A stretch of DNA of 57,893 nucleotides, the filler included, from Dugesia japonica (lineage: Eukaryota): assembly GCA_001938525.1 (NCBI GenBank). It is 4 parts of 4 records of this genome, joined end to end, with 100 filler letters (N's around TTAATTAATTAA, not from the genome) between each part and the next. Parts side by side here need not be neighbours in the genome. Positions count along the whole stretch, not along the records: positions 28,956 to 38,606 come from MQRL01554591.1; positions 38,707 to 57,893 come from MQRL01554282.1; 2 more parts are not named here. One strand, written 5' to 3'. Below, in pieces: positions 37,089 to 57,893 of the stretch. The notes under the pieces were generated by a model that was not told where the DNA came from, searched no databases, and saw only the letters and a list, made by a program, of their open reading frames with translations. How positions within the stretch are numbered: position 1 is the first letter of the stretch; each line of letters begins with the position of its first letter. The translations under genes and the position numbers were made by a program.

Positions 37089-37549
37089 GACTTTCAAAAT
37101 AAAAATTGTTATTGTGATGAAAATAAACAAAAAAAATATTTTTATGTGAAATATAATCTTCTAAAGTCTGTGAATCTATTATTCGTGAAAAAAAATATTT
37201 TCGCCCATATCAATGGTTATTATATATTTATACTCATTCAGATTTTTCATCATAAAAAACCAATCAAATAAAACCCTAATTATTTTTTTTTAGAAATAAT
37301 TAAATCAATATTTATTAAATATTGCCAAGTATTTATTTAAATAAATATTGCAATATATATATATATAAATAATCTAAGCAAACAAAAGTGATTTATTTAT
37401 TTTTAAATAAAATTAAAATTTAAAAAAAATTTAAAATTTCAGATTCTTTTATAATACATTTAAATTTCATGATTAAATATTTTAAAACTTCTTTTTTCAA
37501 AGATTTAATTTGTTTGAATCATATGATGGATGATGTTAAAGTTCAAATT

Positions 37550-37780
37550 AAAATTCAGAGAGCAAAAAAGAGTTTTGATAGGTTTCCTAAACCATTTTTG
37601 AACAAATGTCTGAGTCTCTAAGTCCATAAAGTGCTTTCCCGGCTTCTTTTAATTTTGGTTCTTACATTTACTATGATACTGGTACGAGAGGTAAAATTTA
37701 CTCATTCGAGCTTGTATAAGATCGTACTATACATTTAGTGTACTCTACGATTGCATCCGTTCTCATAGGAGTTTAAAATA
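37550..37780 (+). mobile_element. Possible RTE-like non-LTR retrotransposon relic
   Basis: IQRAKKSFDRFPKPFLNKCLSL*VHKVL..LLILVL resembles the post-RT segment of RTE elements; heavily decayed. Confidence 0.35.
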
Positions 37781-38883
37781 AGAGGCAAAATGTTTATTAT
37801 TACCTCATTTAAAAAACCATTGATAATATTCTCATACGTCCTTATGGTAATTAAACACTTTGAAACCCTAAAATCTTTATTATAAATCCGTATGATTACA
37901 TTATTCAAAATTATGTAATTTTTATATAAGAATTTCTATTTATGAATAAGTTTATTAAATTTGTTGTTGATTCAGTTTTGTGTTTCAGCCAATTTTAAAA
38001 TATAAGTCTGAAATGACTAAATCATAATATTACTTAATAATAACTTAAGTAGATACAAAAGCATAAACGATGGAATCCATGTGACACCTGTCGAATTGTA
38101 ACATGTAAATATTTAAAAACAATATATATTATACCAGAAAACACAAGTTATTAACTCATGATACAAAATTATTACAGTTAAGAAATATTTATTGAGATTG
38201 AAACATATGTTTAATAGTGGTAAGTGAGCCAGGCATTGATATATAACACATCAATAGTTTTCACTGGATCGGGATAGACCGACAGAAGAGCGTGGATTAT
38301 TATAGAATTTTTTTCGACTAGGATGAACTATTAGCCTATCTTTTGACTCGCAATTTTTTTTCACAATTCCTGTGGTGCTTTCGATATATTGATCCTTTTT
38401 AATGTATCCATATTAAATTGACGCTCGTTTACACTCGTCAATTTTTTTTTGTTGGAGAGATTACACTTCAACCACCCACTTCAATTACGGCTTCTGTCTT
38501 CACAATATATTTTTGGTTCTTCATATTAGTAATATTTTCTAAAAATTGATAATTCCGAAATATTAAATCTTAAATAGGAACAATTGTAAGTTTATTGTCC
38601 TACTATNNNNNNNNNNNNNNNNNNNNNNNNNNNNNNNNNNNNNNNNNNNNTTAATTAATTAANNNNNNNNNNNNNNNNNNNNNNNNNNNNNNNNNNNNNN
38701 NNNNNNAAAAACATTTCAACGATTAAGTTATATTTGTTATTCATTTATTTGTATTTTCTAATAAATGTTTTTATTATTCTAGTATCGTTTTTTGTTTGAA
38801 CATTGTATTTTGCTTATTTTCTATTTATTACTACTATTATTTTCACGAACGAATTGGCTGGGTTTTGTCCCAACAACAACAAC

Positions 38884-38932
<49 letters not shown>

Positions 38933-38982
38933 NNNNNNNNNNNNNNNNNNNNNNNNNNNNNNNNNNNNNNNNNNNNNNNNNN

Positions 38983-39048
<66 letters not shown>

Positions 39049-39050
<2 letters not shown>

Positions 39051-40544
39051 GTGGGTTAGAACGCCTAATTTAAGTTAAAAAGGCAATATAGAGTCTCTCG
39101 AAATAATATAAAAATCAGCATGAAAACGATCAGGAAAATAATAAAAATTAGTACTGGGCCAGAAATTGGACTATCTATTATCATTACTATTACATAATTA
39201 TTATTATTATAATTATTATGCAATATTTATAGAAATCGAGGAAAATGAAAATTGGGCGTAGAGAACACAAATTTGGAGGTATAGAATTGAATCTGGAATG
39301 TACAAGCAGGAAAAATAAGTTAAATAATAAAAATTATGTAAGATACTATAATAATATATTAGAAGGGTCTCTACAACCCATTATCTTTATTATACTAACG
39401 CTAATTAGCGTTTGGTATTAATATTTCATCAATTAATCTGGCGCAGTCTCCAAAATCGAACTATATTTCTGGTTTACCAAATGATGATTCAGTTGAAAAA
39501 CCAGACAATAAAATAAAGGACATTCACATAACGACATGAATTTGGAAAATCCAAATTCGCTGTCAATCAAGTTGTACAGAACACTCGAGATATAGCAGAT
39601 GAATAGTAAGACAAGACTTGCGGGGTATGTACAGAGTTTGTTTACGTAATACATCGACAAAAAACTTGAACAACCTATCAGATTGGGAAATTTTTAAATA
39701 TCGAATTAAGATTGGTCCACCAATAACAGATGAAAATTTAAAGTTAAATATGGTCTTATTATTTTGTGTTTGATATACTAAGGCAACCTTAAATAAAATA
39801 CTAATAAAGATTGTATTTCATAGTCATGAAGAACCTTGATGCNTTTTTATTAATTTTGTTTTTGTGAATTTTATAATATCTATTGATTGAAATTATTAAA
39901 TTTACTAATGGACCATAGTTGTAATATAAATGAATTCTATTAGTAGTTGCGATTGTCATTATCATCTTATAATGTTAATTATCCATTGTATCAATTAGGA
40001 AAGATGAGAAATGAGGTGCTCCGTTTGAAGGCGCAATTACTCAAGCAAACAGCTGCTTACCAGCAACTTAAGAAGAAGGAGCTGGTGCTACAACAGGCCA
40101 ACCTTCATATGGCCGAAGTAGTAAAGACATAAGCTTATCGGGAGCTTACCCTGTTTGCAATGCTTTGAACAGTGTGACTCCATTATCGCACAAGAGAAGA
40201 AAATGCTCCGATCAGAATAATACAGTGGATTTAAACGAATAGTTTCATAACAATAAATAAATTTTAGGCTTCTGTATGTAACTAAATTTGAAAACGTTTT
40301 GGTAGTTGTCTGAGTTTTTTTAATCAGGAGTAAAATTAAATAAATACTGTGCAATTGAAAATGAGTATTATTTGGGTTCGTAAAACTTGTGGAATGAGGG
40401 GCATGTCACAGAGATGACACAAATGCTTATGGTTTTTAGGTATGACCCTAGTTGATAAATGTGTTTGTTTTGTGTGATATTGAGAGACTTGAGAGAGGAA
40501 AGAAAAATAAATTTCTTAAATATCAAAAAAACTAAAACCCAATA
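39049..40544 (+). mobile_element. Shorter (1.5-kb) diverged copy of the TGTTGGG...CCCAACA element inside (AAT)n
   Basis: Starts TGGTGGGTTAGAAC and ends AAAACCCAATA. Matches the reverse complement of 31960-32555 and 29631-30200. Confidence 0.78.
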
Positions 40545-40599
40545 ATAATAATAATAATAACAATTATTATATGCAAAAAAAACGATGGCAAATGTTTAA

Positions 40600-41360
40600 T
40601 AAAAAATAAGTAACGCCATTTAAAATAGCACTTTATTGTTGTATATTTCGACGGATCAACCGTCATCATCAGACAAAAATGAAAAAAATGAGTTTATTCA
40701 GTCTGTATTATTCAAATGGATATAAGACGGCTATAATTCTTAATTTTTTTAAAAATAATTGCAAAATTTTTAAATTTTTTACCAATTTTTCAATAAGAAA
40801 TTAATTTATTCAATAATATTTTATTACTGTTACCTGTAAAATCAAAGATGTTTTTCCAAAATATTTAAATTTTTTAATTTTAGATNNNNNNNNNNNNNNN
40901 NNNNNNNNNNNNNNNNNNNNNNNNNNNNNNNNNNNTTAATTTTAGATTATATTAAAATTTTTTCAAAACCTATGAAAATTGAAATTTATTTCAAAAAATA
41001 AGATACAAACCTATCAAAAATTTGAAAATAAATTAAGATTTCAAAAGAATATGGAAAAATTATTTTATATTCAAAATATTTAAAATTTTTTTAGTTAATT
41101 TAGTCGAATGAGCTGCCTGTAAAATCTGATGTCTCTACTTCGTATAAGATAATGAGCAATTTAAGAATTACTAGGAGAGAGTGGTGTATGAAGCGTTAAT
41201 GATTAAATTTCATAATCCAAGCATTAATCTACAGGCTGGGCACTTAAAAATTAAGAATTATAGCCGTCTTATATCCATTATAATCGTATTAATCTTTGAA
41301 TAATACAGACTGAATAAACTCATTTTTTTCATTTTTGTCTGATGATGACGGTTGATCCGT
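40600..41360. mobile_element. Penelope-like 3' end with inverted pseudo-LTR
   Basis: 40651-40745 and 41246-41360 are near-perfect inverted repeats carrying ctgatga-t-gacgg-ttgat-ccgtc-gaaa. EALMIKFHNPSINLQ at ~41190-41235(+) is a PLE C-terminus. Confidence 0.8.
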
Positions 41361-41896
41361 NNNNNNNNNNNNNNNNNNNNNNNNNNNNNNAATTCGTCAT
41401 CCGAACATAGATCGACAAATGTTCGGTGGGCATTCTTAGGAGATGGAAGAGCCGATGAAGTTCAGGGAGCCTTCAATTGCAGATTCCAAAGGCTTTCATT
41501 TTTCTAGATCTTCATACACTGAGATTCGTCTCTCTTGGTAAATTCTATGTTTTCATTTTTTAAGGATAAGACTTTTAGCAATACCAAATGTTTCGGAATT
41601 TTCTGTTTTTGTTATTGATTTTCGAAAAATAAATTTTGTTTTAATTTTTGTCTTTTTATTTAATTTATCTGTTCTTTAATTTGATATTTNNNNNNNNNNN
41701 NNNNNNNNNNNNNNNNNNNNNNNNNNNNNNNNNNNNNNNNNNNNNNNNNNNNNNNNNNNNNNNNNNNNNNNNNNNNNNNNNNNNNNNNNNNNNNNNNNNN
41801 NNNNNNNNNNNNNNNNNNNNNNNNNNNNNNNNNNNNNNNNNNNNNNNNNNNNNNNNNNNNNNNNNNNNNNNNNNNNNNNNNNNNNNNNNNNNNNNN

Positions 41897-49936
<8,040 letters not shown>

Positions 49937-50479
49937 TTATTTGAGATTATAATGAATTAATTGGTGAATAAAATGCTGATGGGGTTAAGAATCATTTTGT
50001 AAATTAAAATAATTATTATAATTTTTTAGTGACACATTTATTCCTCCTTTTAACTAAACTACGCAAACGCAATACACGTAAAGTGTCTCAAAAAATGTAA
50101 TATAAATTTCTAAAATACGCTATTGAAACGCTCTATGATTAAATTTAATACTTATTTGTAAACAGTTTCTTTTCAAATTTATCAATAAATTATATAAATA
50201 TACTTTTTTATTTAACTTCAGCGCATGTTTTCAGACTTATGTGACTTTTGGTCGAGACATTTTTTGGCAACGTAAAATAACAGAAAAACAATTATTTAGA
50301 ATACTTTTCTTTGATATTTGGGCATGCACAGAGTAATGTACATTAGTGATTTCCATACTGGGAGGCATGAGATTTGTAATAGAAATATAATTTTCATAAC
50401 ACTTGTAAATAAAAACACTTGTAAATAAATATCTATATCCAAATATAATCCAACAAATCACATTAATTGTTATATAAAT

Positions 50480-51760
50480 TTTTGTTTTTATGAAAATGGA
50501 TTATAGCATGTTTTTAAGTGATGAGTTAAGTGAAAAACCAGTTTGTTTGCCAAATAGGATCAAGTATCCAGACTTTGTAATACTCTTGATAGATGTAAGA
50601 TGAGTAACAGAGATGCTTGCATTATTGCAAATGCAGTACTGAAAGATCCCAAACTCTTAATATTCAAAACTATAATTAACCAAAATAAAATAAAGAGACA
50701 AAGAAAGTTCTGGAGCACAGTAATGAAACTAAGAAACTAACGTATATTGCGTTTGATGAAAACATGATTTGACTTGAGTAGATGAGTAATTGTCGTGGAA
50801 GTATGAAAGAAGAAAATTAAATTTATGTTATATGTTATTTATGTTGATTCAGCAACCATTAGAACTCGTGAGATTGCCAATGAGATCATATCAGTCTGTA
50901 GAGATAATGATTATGCAGACAGTCTTCAAGCAATAGTNNNNNNNNNAACAAACCGTAACACTGGTAAGAACAATGATATATTTATAAAAATAGAGGAACA
51001 ATCTGGAAGACCATTACAATGACTTATTTGTGAACTATACACCAATAGATTGTTACAAAGAAAATATTTTTCAGATATTGATGGTGGACAACTGATAGAA
51101 TCTGCTACATCATCTGTTGTAATTACCAAAGTAATTATGTTTGATACAAAAGATATATCGATTTTGGACTTAACCAGGATATTAAAAAGCTAACCAAGTA
51201 TTACGTTTATACATACCAAAGGCAGTTGCATGAAAATCATTGCAGAGACTGGTTGGGTTCATAGTTAATATTTATGGACTTATCCGGTTTTAAGTCAAAT
51301 GTCAAAGTGAATATCAAGATGGGGCAAATATTTGTTTTATCCTTTTTTATTATAAAACAGTGCCAGTAACTTAGTAAGCAAAGTTAAGACACTGTGTTTT
51401 CAGTTCTACAAAATATCAGTTAATTTGCTCATTCTGAAAATGTGTTGATAGTTGCTGTGTCTGACGATGATTTGAATATAACTAAGCAAGTATCTGAAAT
51501 TATAATTTGATCAAGAGAAAACAGCCAAATGCTGTTCGCATCTTTGAAAAGAATAGCATCAAACTGAACTTTGCTGCTGAAAAATACTTCGACATGATTG
51601 ATGGGTACAAACCTCAGTTAACACCACTTCCTTTACAATGACATACATCCAACGATGACCTCATATCATGTCGGCAATTTATTGTACCAACATTTTTAGG
51701 CCATTCCCAAACTATCGAAAGGAGCTCTAAAGATGTTTCATAATCTAAATTCAAAGTCTG
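50480..51760 (+). pseudogene. Degenerate DDE transposase, hAT superfamily (hATm-like)
   Basis: NTGKNNDIFIKIEEQSGRPLQ*LICELYTNRLL..F..IDG; LQRLVGFIVNIYG; HSENVLI; HSQTIERSSKDVS. Confidence 0.6.
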
Positions 51761-51869
51761 TTGATATAAAGCTAGTATATAGATAGTAGTGCGATGAACC
51801 TAATTTCCCTCCCCTGACTGATGCAATTATTTAATCCACGTGTATTTAGTAGTAACTTTATAATGACAT

Positions 51870-54800
51870 TGTTAGGCGAGTTTGGAAAACTCCTCAAATC
51901 TTTAACATCGGAAATCAACTCCATAAATTTATTAAAATAAAACATATAACATCATTATTTGGTAAATCAAAGAAATGGTATCTTTATCTTGTTTTGTCAT
52001 TGTTATCAAAGCTACATACTTACTGCATTGGTCTATTATACCAAGAACATATTTTTTCAATCTCTTGTCTCCGGTAGGGCTCCACATAAATTTATAAATA
52101 ACAGTTCAAACATTTTGTCTGGCTGCGTCGTATTTGTTTCTTCCTTCGTTTTTGTTGTTTAGCTTTCTGGCATGTTATACAGCTTTGGACACCCTCTTGC
52201 TCCACAAATGTTTCGCGTTATAATTATGCTTCATATACGTTGATACTTTTTCTGCTTCAGCATGACACAAAAGATGGCGTATTTTCACTATAACCTCTTC
52301 TACTTTATCATCAGGTATCCATGTTCCTTCATCATTCATCAATGTTTCCTTGTTTTTCTTGAATATCTACTGTATTTAACATCTTTGTTTTACTTTTCAA
52401 CTTTTGAGATATTCAGGTGACATTAGACATTTTTCACATGTACCGCGTTTAGTCCTTGACAACATATCTACATTTGTATGAAGCGATCCTTTTCTATATT
52501 CTAATTTTATATTTAAACTGCTCAAATAATTAATTCAGGTTTGAAACTGTGATGTGGTCAGCTTCTTGGTATTTAGCAAAAAGGTGATGGCTTTATTGTC
52601 TGTTCTGAGGATAAATCTCTTCCCCTCTAAATAATGTTAGAAATGAAAACAAAAGTAATAAATTGCGACCAATTCTTTCCGCGTAGTAAAATATCTTTTC
52701 TCATGAATCGTCATTGCGTGTGGCCCATTTGCAATTACTCATTTTTGCCCATTGTTGTCCTTTTGAGATAGTACTGTCCCAATCGTATAGAAATTCATAT
52801 CTGTGTCCAAAGAAAATCCTCTATTTATATATGGAAAACATAATATTGGAGACATCATTAGTGCTTGTTTCATTCCACTAAAAACTTCTTCTAATTCCCT
52901 CGTCCATTCAATTTTCTTGTTACTTGGCCCAGTACACAGTTATTCCAGCAATCTAGCTTTTTTTGAATAATCATTAATAAACTTGTGATAGTAATTGCAA
53001 ATTCCTAAAAAGCTTCTCATTTTCTTAACGAATTTTGGTTTTACCAAAGTTCTTAATTACTTCTATTTTAGTTAGATCTGTTTTGACACCTTCTTTACTG
53101 ATAACGTGTCCCAAAAATCTTTTTTCGCATGACTTGACATTTCTCCGGTTTAACTCTTAGACCAGCTTTAATTTCTGTTATTACTTCATTGATTATTTCA
53201 TAGTTTTGTTCTTTTTTTCGGTAGATATGAGAATATCATCTAAATAAACCATCGCTCCTTTTATTTTTTTGATTACTTTATTCATCATTTCCTGGAACAT
53301 CTGTGGTACTGCTGCAATTCCAAAAGACATTTTATTTAAACAAAATTGCACTTGTTTGGTCGAAAAAGCTGTCTTTTCTTGAGAATCNTCACTNAGTTCC
53401 ACTTNGTAGTATGCATTTCATAAGTCTATTGAGNTAAAATACTNTGTATCTTACAAAGCCTCCAGCATTTTGTCCACATTTGGCATAGGAAAAACTTGTC
53501 TTTCTGTTATTGCATTGAGCTGTCTAAAGTCTAAGCATAATTGTATATCCTTTTTTTTCTTTTTCCAAACGCAGATTAATGCGTATTCTATTGAGAATTA
53601 CACTTCTGGGTGATGCCATTATCATATAGATTCTTGATGGCCTCTTCAATCTTCTCTTCTAGATTCATTGGTTGGTGATGCGCTTTTATGTTGATTGGAC
53701 CTCATTTAGTGATTATTCGATGCTTTATTAAGTGTGTACATTCAATGTCCCATTTTTCGCTATAAATACATCCTGATTTTCTGAATGATTGCAGTTAATC
53801 TACAATCTTTGTTAATTTCTAGAATCTCTATTGAATGTCTCAGTCGTTTATCCGTCTGTATCTGCCTTCTAAATTTTGACTCGATATTGCAAACAAATTT
53901 TTCTCGATGATTATTGATGTCTAACCTGCACGTTTTTTGAAGATGATACCTAAAGGTATTCTGAAATTCCACTACACCAATTAGATCTGGTATTAATTTC
54001 TCTACTATTATAAATGTTATTTCCTTGCATACCTCTTAAACTACAACTTCGATAGTTATCGTTCCAATTGTCTTTAATGAGATGTTATTGGCAAAATTCA
54101 ATCGTTCATCGCTTTTCTCTAACATTGTTTCTCCGAGTCTATTAAATTCTTTCATGCTCATCACATTTATTCTNGCTCCTGTATCTAACAAACAAGCAAA
54201 CTGTTCACCCTTGATCATCATTGAAATGCTAGGTCTCCCTTGCCTTTTATCATATGTAATTTCAACATTCTGTTTCTCTTCAATTATTCCTTTCACTTCT
54301 GCTTTGTTAACTTCCGCATCATTGAAACTTTCTCTTTTTAGTAATTTGTAAACTTTTTCTCTCATTTTACTTGTCTCATCCTATTTCTTGGCTTCTTGAA
54401 TATATTCAAACGTTAACTCGTTTAATGGATGGCTCCAAACAACTCTTTTACTGATGGATCCCTGCTTTTTGGCTATTCTCTTCTCGGATCTTCATTTTCT
54501 ATTATGCTGTCAGAAAATCTCTCTTCATTCTCATCATCAAATTCTTCTCAAATGGCATGAATTGGTTTGATCCGACTCCAATCTTTTGTTTGTTGTCCGC
54601 TTTTAGAATTGTATCTTCACCTAATTTAGGTTTACTAATGTTGAATTAACATTCTTCTGCTCTGTGACCTGGTCTTTTATATCTACCGCATACAATTTCT
54701 GTACACATTCTTCTGATATGACCAATCTTACTACACTCAAAACATTTTAGTGGTTTTTTATCTAGACAATTTCTACTTAAATGCCCTTATTTGTGACAAG

Positions 54801-55565
54801 TCTAACATTCCACATGAGAACTTTTCGGACACTCTCTTTTTGTATTCCCATAACTCTGGCATGTCACACACTGTGGTTCTGTTCTTTTTGTAACTCTCTC
54901 AATATTTTGTCTCCTTTCTTNNNNNNNNNNNNNNNNNNTTACACCCACATAACTCTTTACTACGTTAATAGGTTCTCTTCTTTCTATTTTTCTACTAATG
55001 ATAACGTTTTTTTTATATTGTTTACTTTCTCCAATTTTTGCATGATAATCTTTTCTTCGGCATTTTTACTATTTGCACAAATTATTAGCATTTTTAATAA
55101 AAGTTTTTCTTTCGTCAGGTCTCCATTTGCTAAACATTTATCGACCAAATCTTCAACTTTTTTAAAAAACTTTTCAAGTTTTTCATCACCACGTTGATAG
55201 CTTACAAGATTCTGCAAATCTTTTATTATGTCTCTCTTGCTCTCAAAAGCTAATCGCAATATCTCTCGATATCCATCCGCTTTATTCCTTCACATTTGCT
55301 ACCATTAAATCTTCATGAAGCATACATGTTACCCAACGTTCCTGATCTTTTTTAACAACGATGTTCTTTTCCTCACAGTATATTTCACACCGTTTAATAA
55401 ACTTTTCCAGATATTTGCCTCTGCAAAATATTTTTGGCAATAATCTTTTTGTGATTGCATCGGTGTTTATCGCTGCCACCATGTTAGGAGAGTTTGGAAA
55501 ACTCCTCGAAAAATTAACATCAGAATTCAACTCCATAAATTTATTAAAATAAAAACTATAACAAC
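51870..55565 (-). mobile_element. Ty3/Gypsy LTR retrotransposon, decayed
   Basis: Direct repeat tgttagg.gagtttggaaaactcctc at 51870 and 55482. PBS TGGTGGCAGCG (55481-55471) and PPT GGAGCAAGAGGG (52203-52192), giving a 3' LTR of ~51870-52191. Gag with two CCHC-type knuckles (~54650-54750), protease LLDTG (54036-54365), RT YLDD (~53240) and RNase H LDTD (~52800). Integrase core absent. Confidence 0.92.
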
Positions 55566-57893
55566 ATTAATTGTATTTTTAAACAAAGTAAATCCCTGTT
55601 TTAAATTGGTGATCGTTTATTAAGATTTTTTAAAGTCTATTTAAAGTCATTTGATTTTTTAAATTAGATTTTAAAATAAATTTTCAATTTATTTATTAAA
55701 ATTAAATTTCAGAATTTAAAACAATTAATCATTCGTCATTTAATTTTCATTTCAATTTAAATATTTTTCAAAGATTTCAAGAAAAACAATCACCAACCAC
55801 ACAAAAATTTCAACTCGCTTAAAACACACTCACAGACANNNNNNNNNNNNNNNNNNNNNNNNNNNNNNNNNNNNNNNNNNNNNNNNNNNNCAGACAAATT
55901 TCCTTAGAGAGATCAAAACTTTGCACAAACTATATTTAATTTCAAAATTAAATTGTAAAGAAATCGAAAAATAATTGTAAGAATTATATGAACTTTTATA
56001 AAACTGGTCAAAATTTACATAAACCTTTTAACCCAATCACATACTTTATTCACTTAACACACAAATTCGCCTATTGAAACCATCTAAATTTATCCATTTA
56101 ATATACACTTATCACAAATAGTCAGCTTTACTTCTCAAATAATTCATCATCTAATCACTCATATTCCATTTATTAATTGTTAATATTCTAGCGAAGAGTA
56201 TCGAAATATTTAAGTTTTTATTGGTTTATCATAATTATCAATAACTCTATTACTCATATAATCCACCAATTGTTAAATTAACAAAGCCAAATAATTCAGT
56301 ATTCAAGTAGATCGATAGGTACACATTGGCTTAATTGTGAAATTGTTTTTTACATATAAGTATCACAAAATTTATAGAAATTGTATAGACAATACTAAAT
56401 ATTTTCAAAATAAAATACTCTGTTTATCAATACAAATTCAAGATAGGTAATATGAATACCTCTCACGTGGCATTCTAACATCAACTAGGAAAGGAAAACA
56501 TGTAAAATAATACTCTAATACTGACAAGTAATATCAAGATTGATGACCTGCTATTAATTCATTCATATAATTAATACAATATTGCTTTCAAATGTTAATT
56601 TTCCGGGGAGTAACTAGATTTATTAAATTAATTTGATTTTATATGTTGATCAACGCATTTGATTGTTAATTCCAAATAATCCATTTAATCTATCAATCAT
56701 TTACTTAATCAGCTTAAACCTGTTCAATTAATATTTCAAATCAATTAATTTACGCACGAATTAATGGTTTAATCTACTATTTCGATCAATTATTCCTTAT
56801 AATAAAACCTTTAATTCATACAATTTGCATAATACACCTTTAATCTTTACTCTACAGTCAATAAACTCAAATAACCCAGTTAATTGTTTACGTATTTTCA
56901 TCTTAATTTGGTTAAAGTATTTTGAAAATAGATCTTTTCACGTGCATTATAAACCAATTAATCTGTTACTTGGAACATATAAATTTATTTAATCAATAAT
57001 ATTCTTACCAAATATTCATTAACTTATCATATTTACCATTTCAAATAATTTATAATCATTCAAATATTTTAAAATTAATTACTACAATAGGCCGTTAAAC
57101 AGTAAGATGATAGATCAGTAAGTTATCAGACATATCGGTTGATGATCTATGAATAAACGTATTTTAAATTACTTTTATTTGATTTTTATAAATTACCACC
57201 AATAATAGGCGTCTATTTATGTAAAAGCTTAAATTTTCACTTCTTATTAAAAACATCTAGAGTTATGCTATTTTACTGTTAGAATTAAAGTACTTATTTG
57301 AAAATTATTTGAAATTTATTAAATCCATCATACTTAATTTATTCAATCAAATATATGGGTTATTTTCAATAAATAGTGACAAATTATTCTAAAATACATG
57401 GAAATCAAATTTACACTTTGAAAATTAATCATAACATAAAAATATNNNNNNNNNNNNNNNNNNNNNNNNNNNNNNNNNNNNNNNNNNNNNNNNNNNNNNN
57501 NNNNNNNNNNNNNNNNNNNNNNNNNNNNNNNNNNNNNNNNNNNNNNNNNNNNNNNNNNNNNNNNNNNNNNNNNNNNNNNNNNNNNNNNNNNNNNNNNNNN
57601 NNNNNNNNNNNNNNNNNNNNNNNNNNNNNNNNNNNNNNNNNNNNNNNNNNNNNNNNNNNNNNNNNNNNNNNNNNNNATCAAATCATTTTGAATTAAAGTT
57701 TAAATTTATAAATCAAAATTTTGATTCGACCTCTCCTAGGAAATTTGACAGATTACGTAATTCCTATTAACAAGATCATAAGTCTGATCGACCATGACTT
57801 TGACACCTGTGTAAGTGAAAACATATTAATTAATGTCATTATCGAAATTTAATTTTAAACTTTTTAACTAATGAAACTATTTACTAAAACTAT

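Noticed and set aside
38230-38505. Possible Merlin/IS1595-like transposase relic on the minus strand (EVGG..KIDECK)
   Set aside because: Too short and decayed to support without a profile search. The same applies to a pogo-like HTH hint at ~4450-4530 and a mariner C-terminal hint at ~11065-11170.

Overview
Very AT-rich, gapped eukaryotic scaffold with many (AAT)n tracts and ~45-55 nt minimal GT-AG introns. This and the cholinesterase sequence suggest a planarian/flatworm (inference). Three spliced host-type genes are visible. (1) An apparently intact 4-exon, 235-aa class I SAM-dependent methyltransferase-like gene (+, 18921-26460), which the ORF track shows only in pieces. (2) The 5' three exons of a GMC oxidoreductase (-, 33351-37088). 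(3) Five exons of an acetylcholinesterase (-, 41897-49882). The rest is mobile DNA. Polinton/Maverick (adintovirus-like) remnants include two protein-primed PolB copies in opposite orientation, a major capsid protein, an adenain-like protease, small basic proteins and a motif-rich terminal region; one remnant lies inside intron 3 of the methyltransferase gene. Other elements are Penelope-like fragments with hammerhead ribozyme motifs, a Gypsy LTR element, a separate Gypsy integrase, mariner/hAT/MULE relics, and a multi-copy TGTTGGG...CCCAACA element with a 4-bp target duplication that carries an unrecognised coiled-coil gene. Three TTAATTAATTAA scaffold linkers (11543, 28900, 38651) make adjacency across them uncertain. 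All family calls come from manual translation and motif recognition; no database searches were run.
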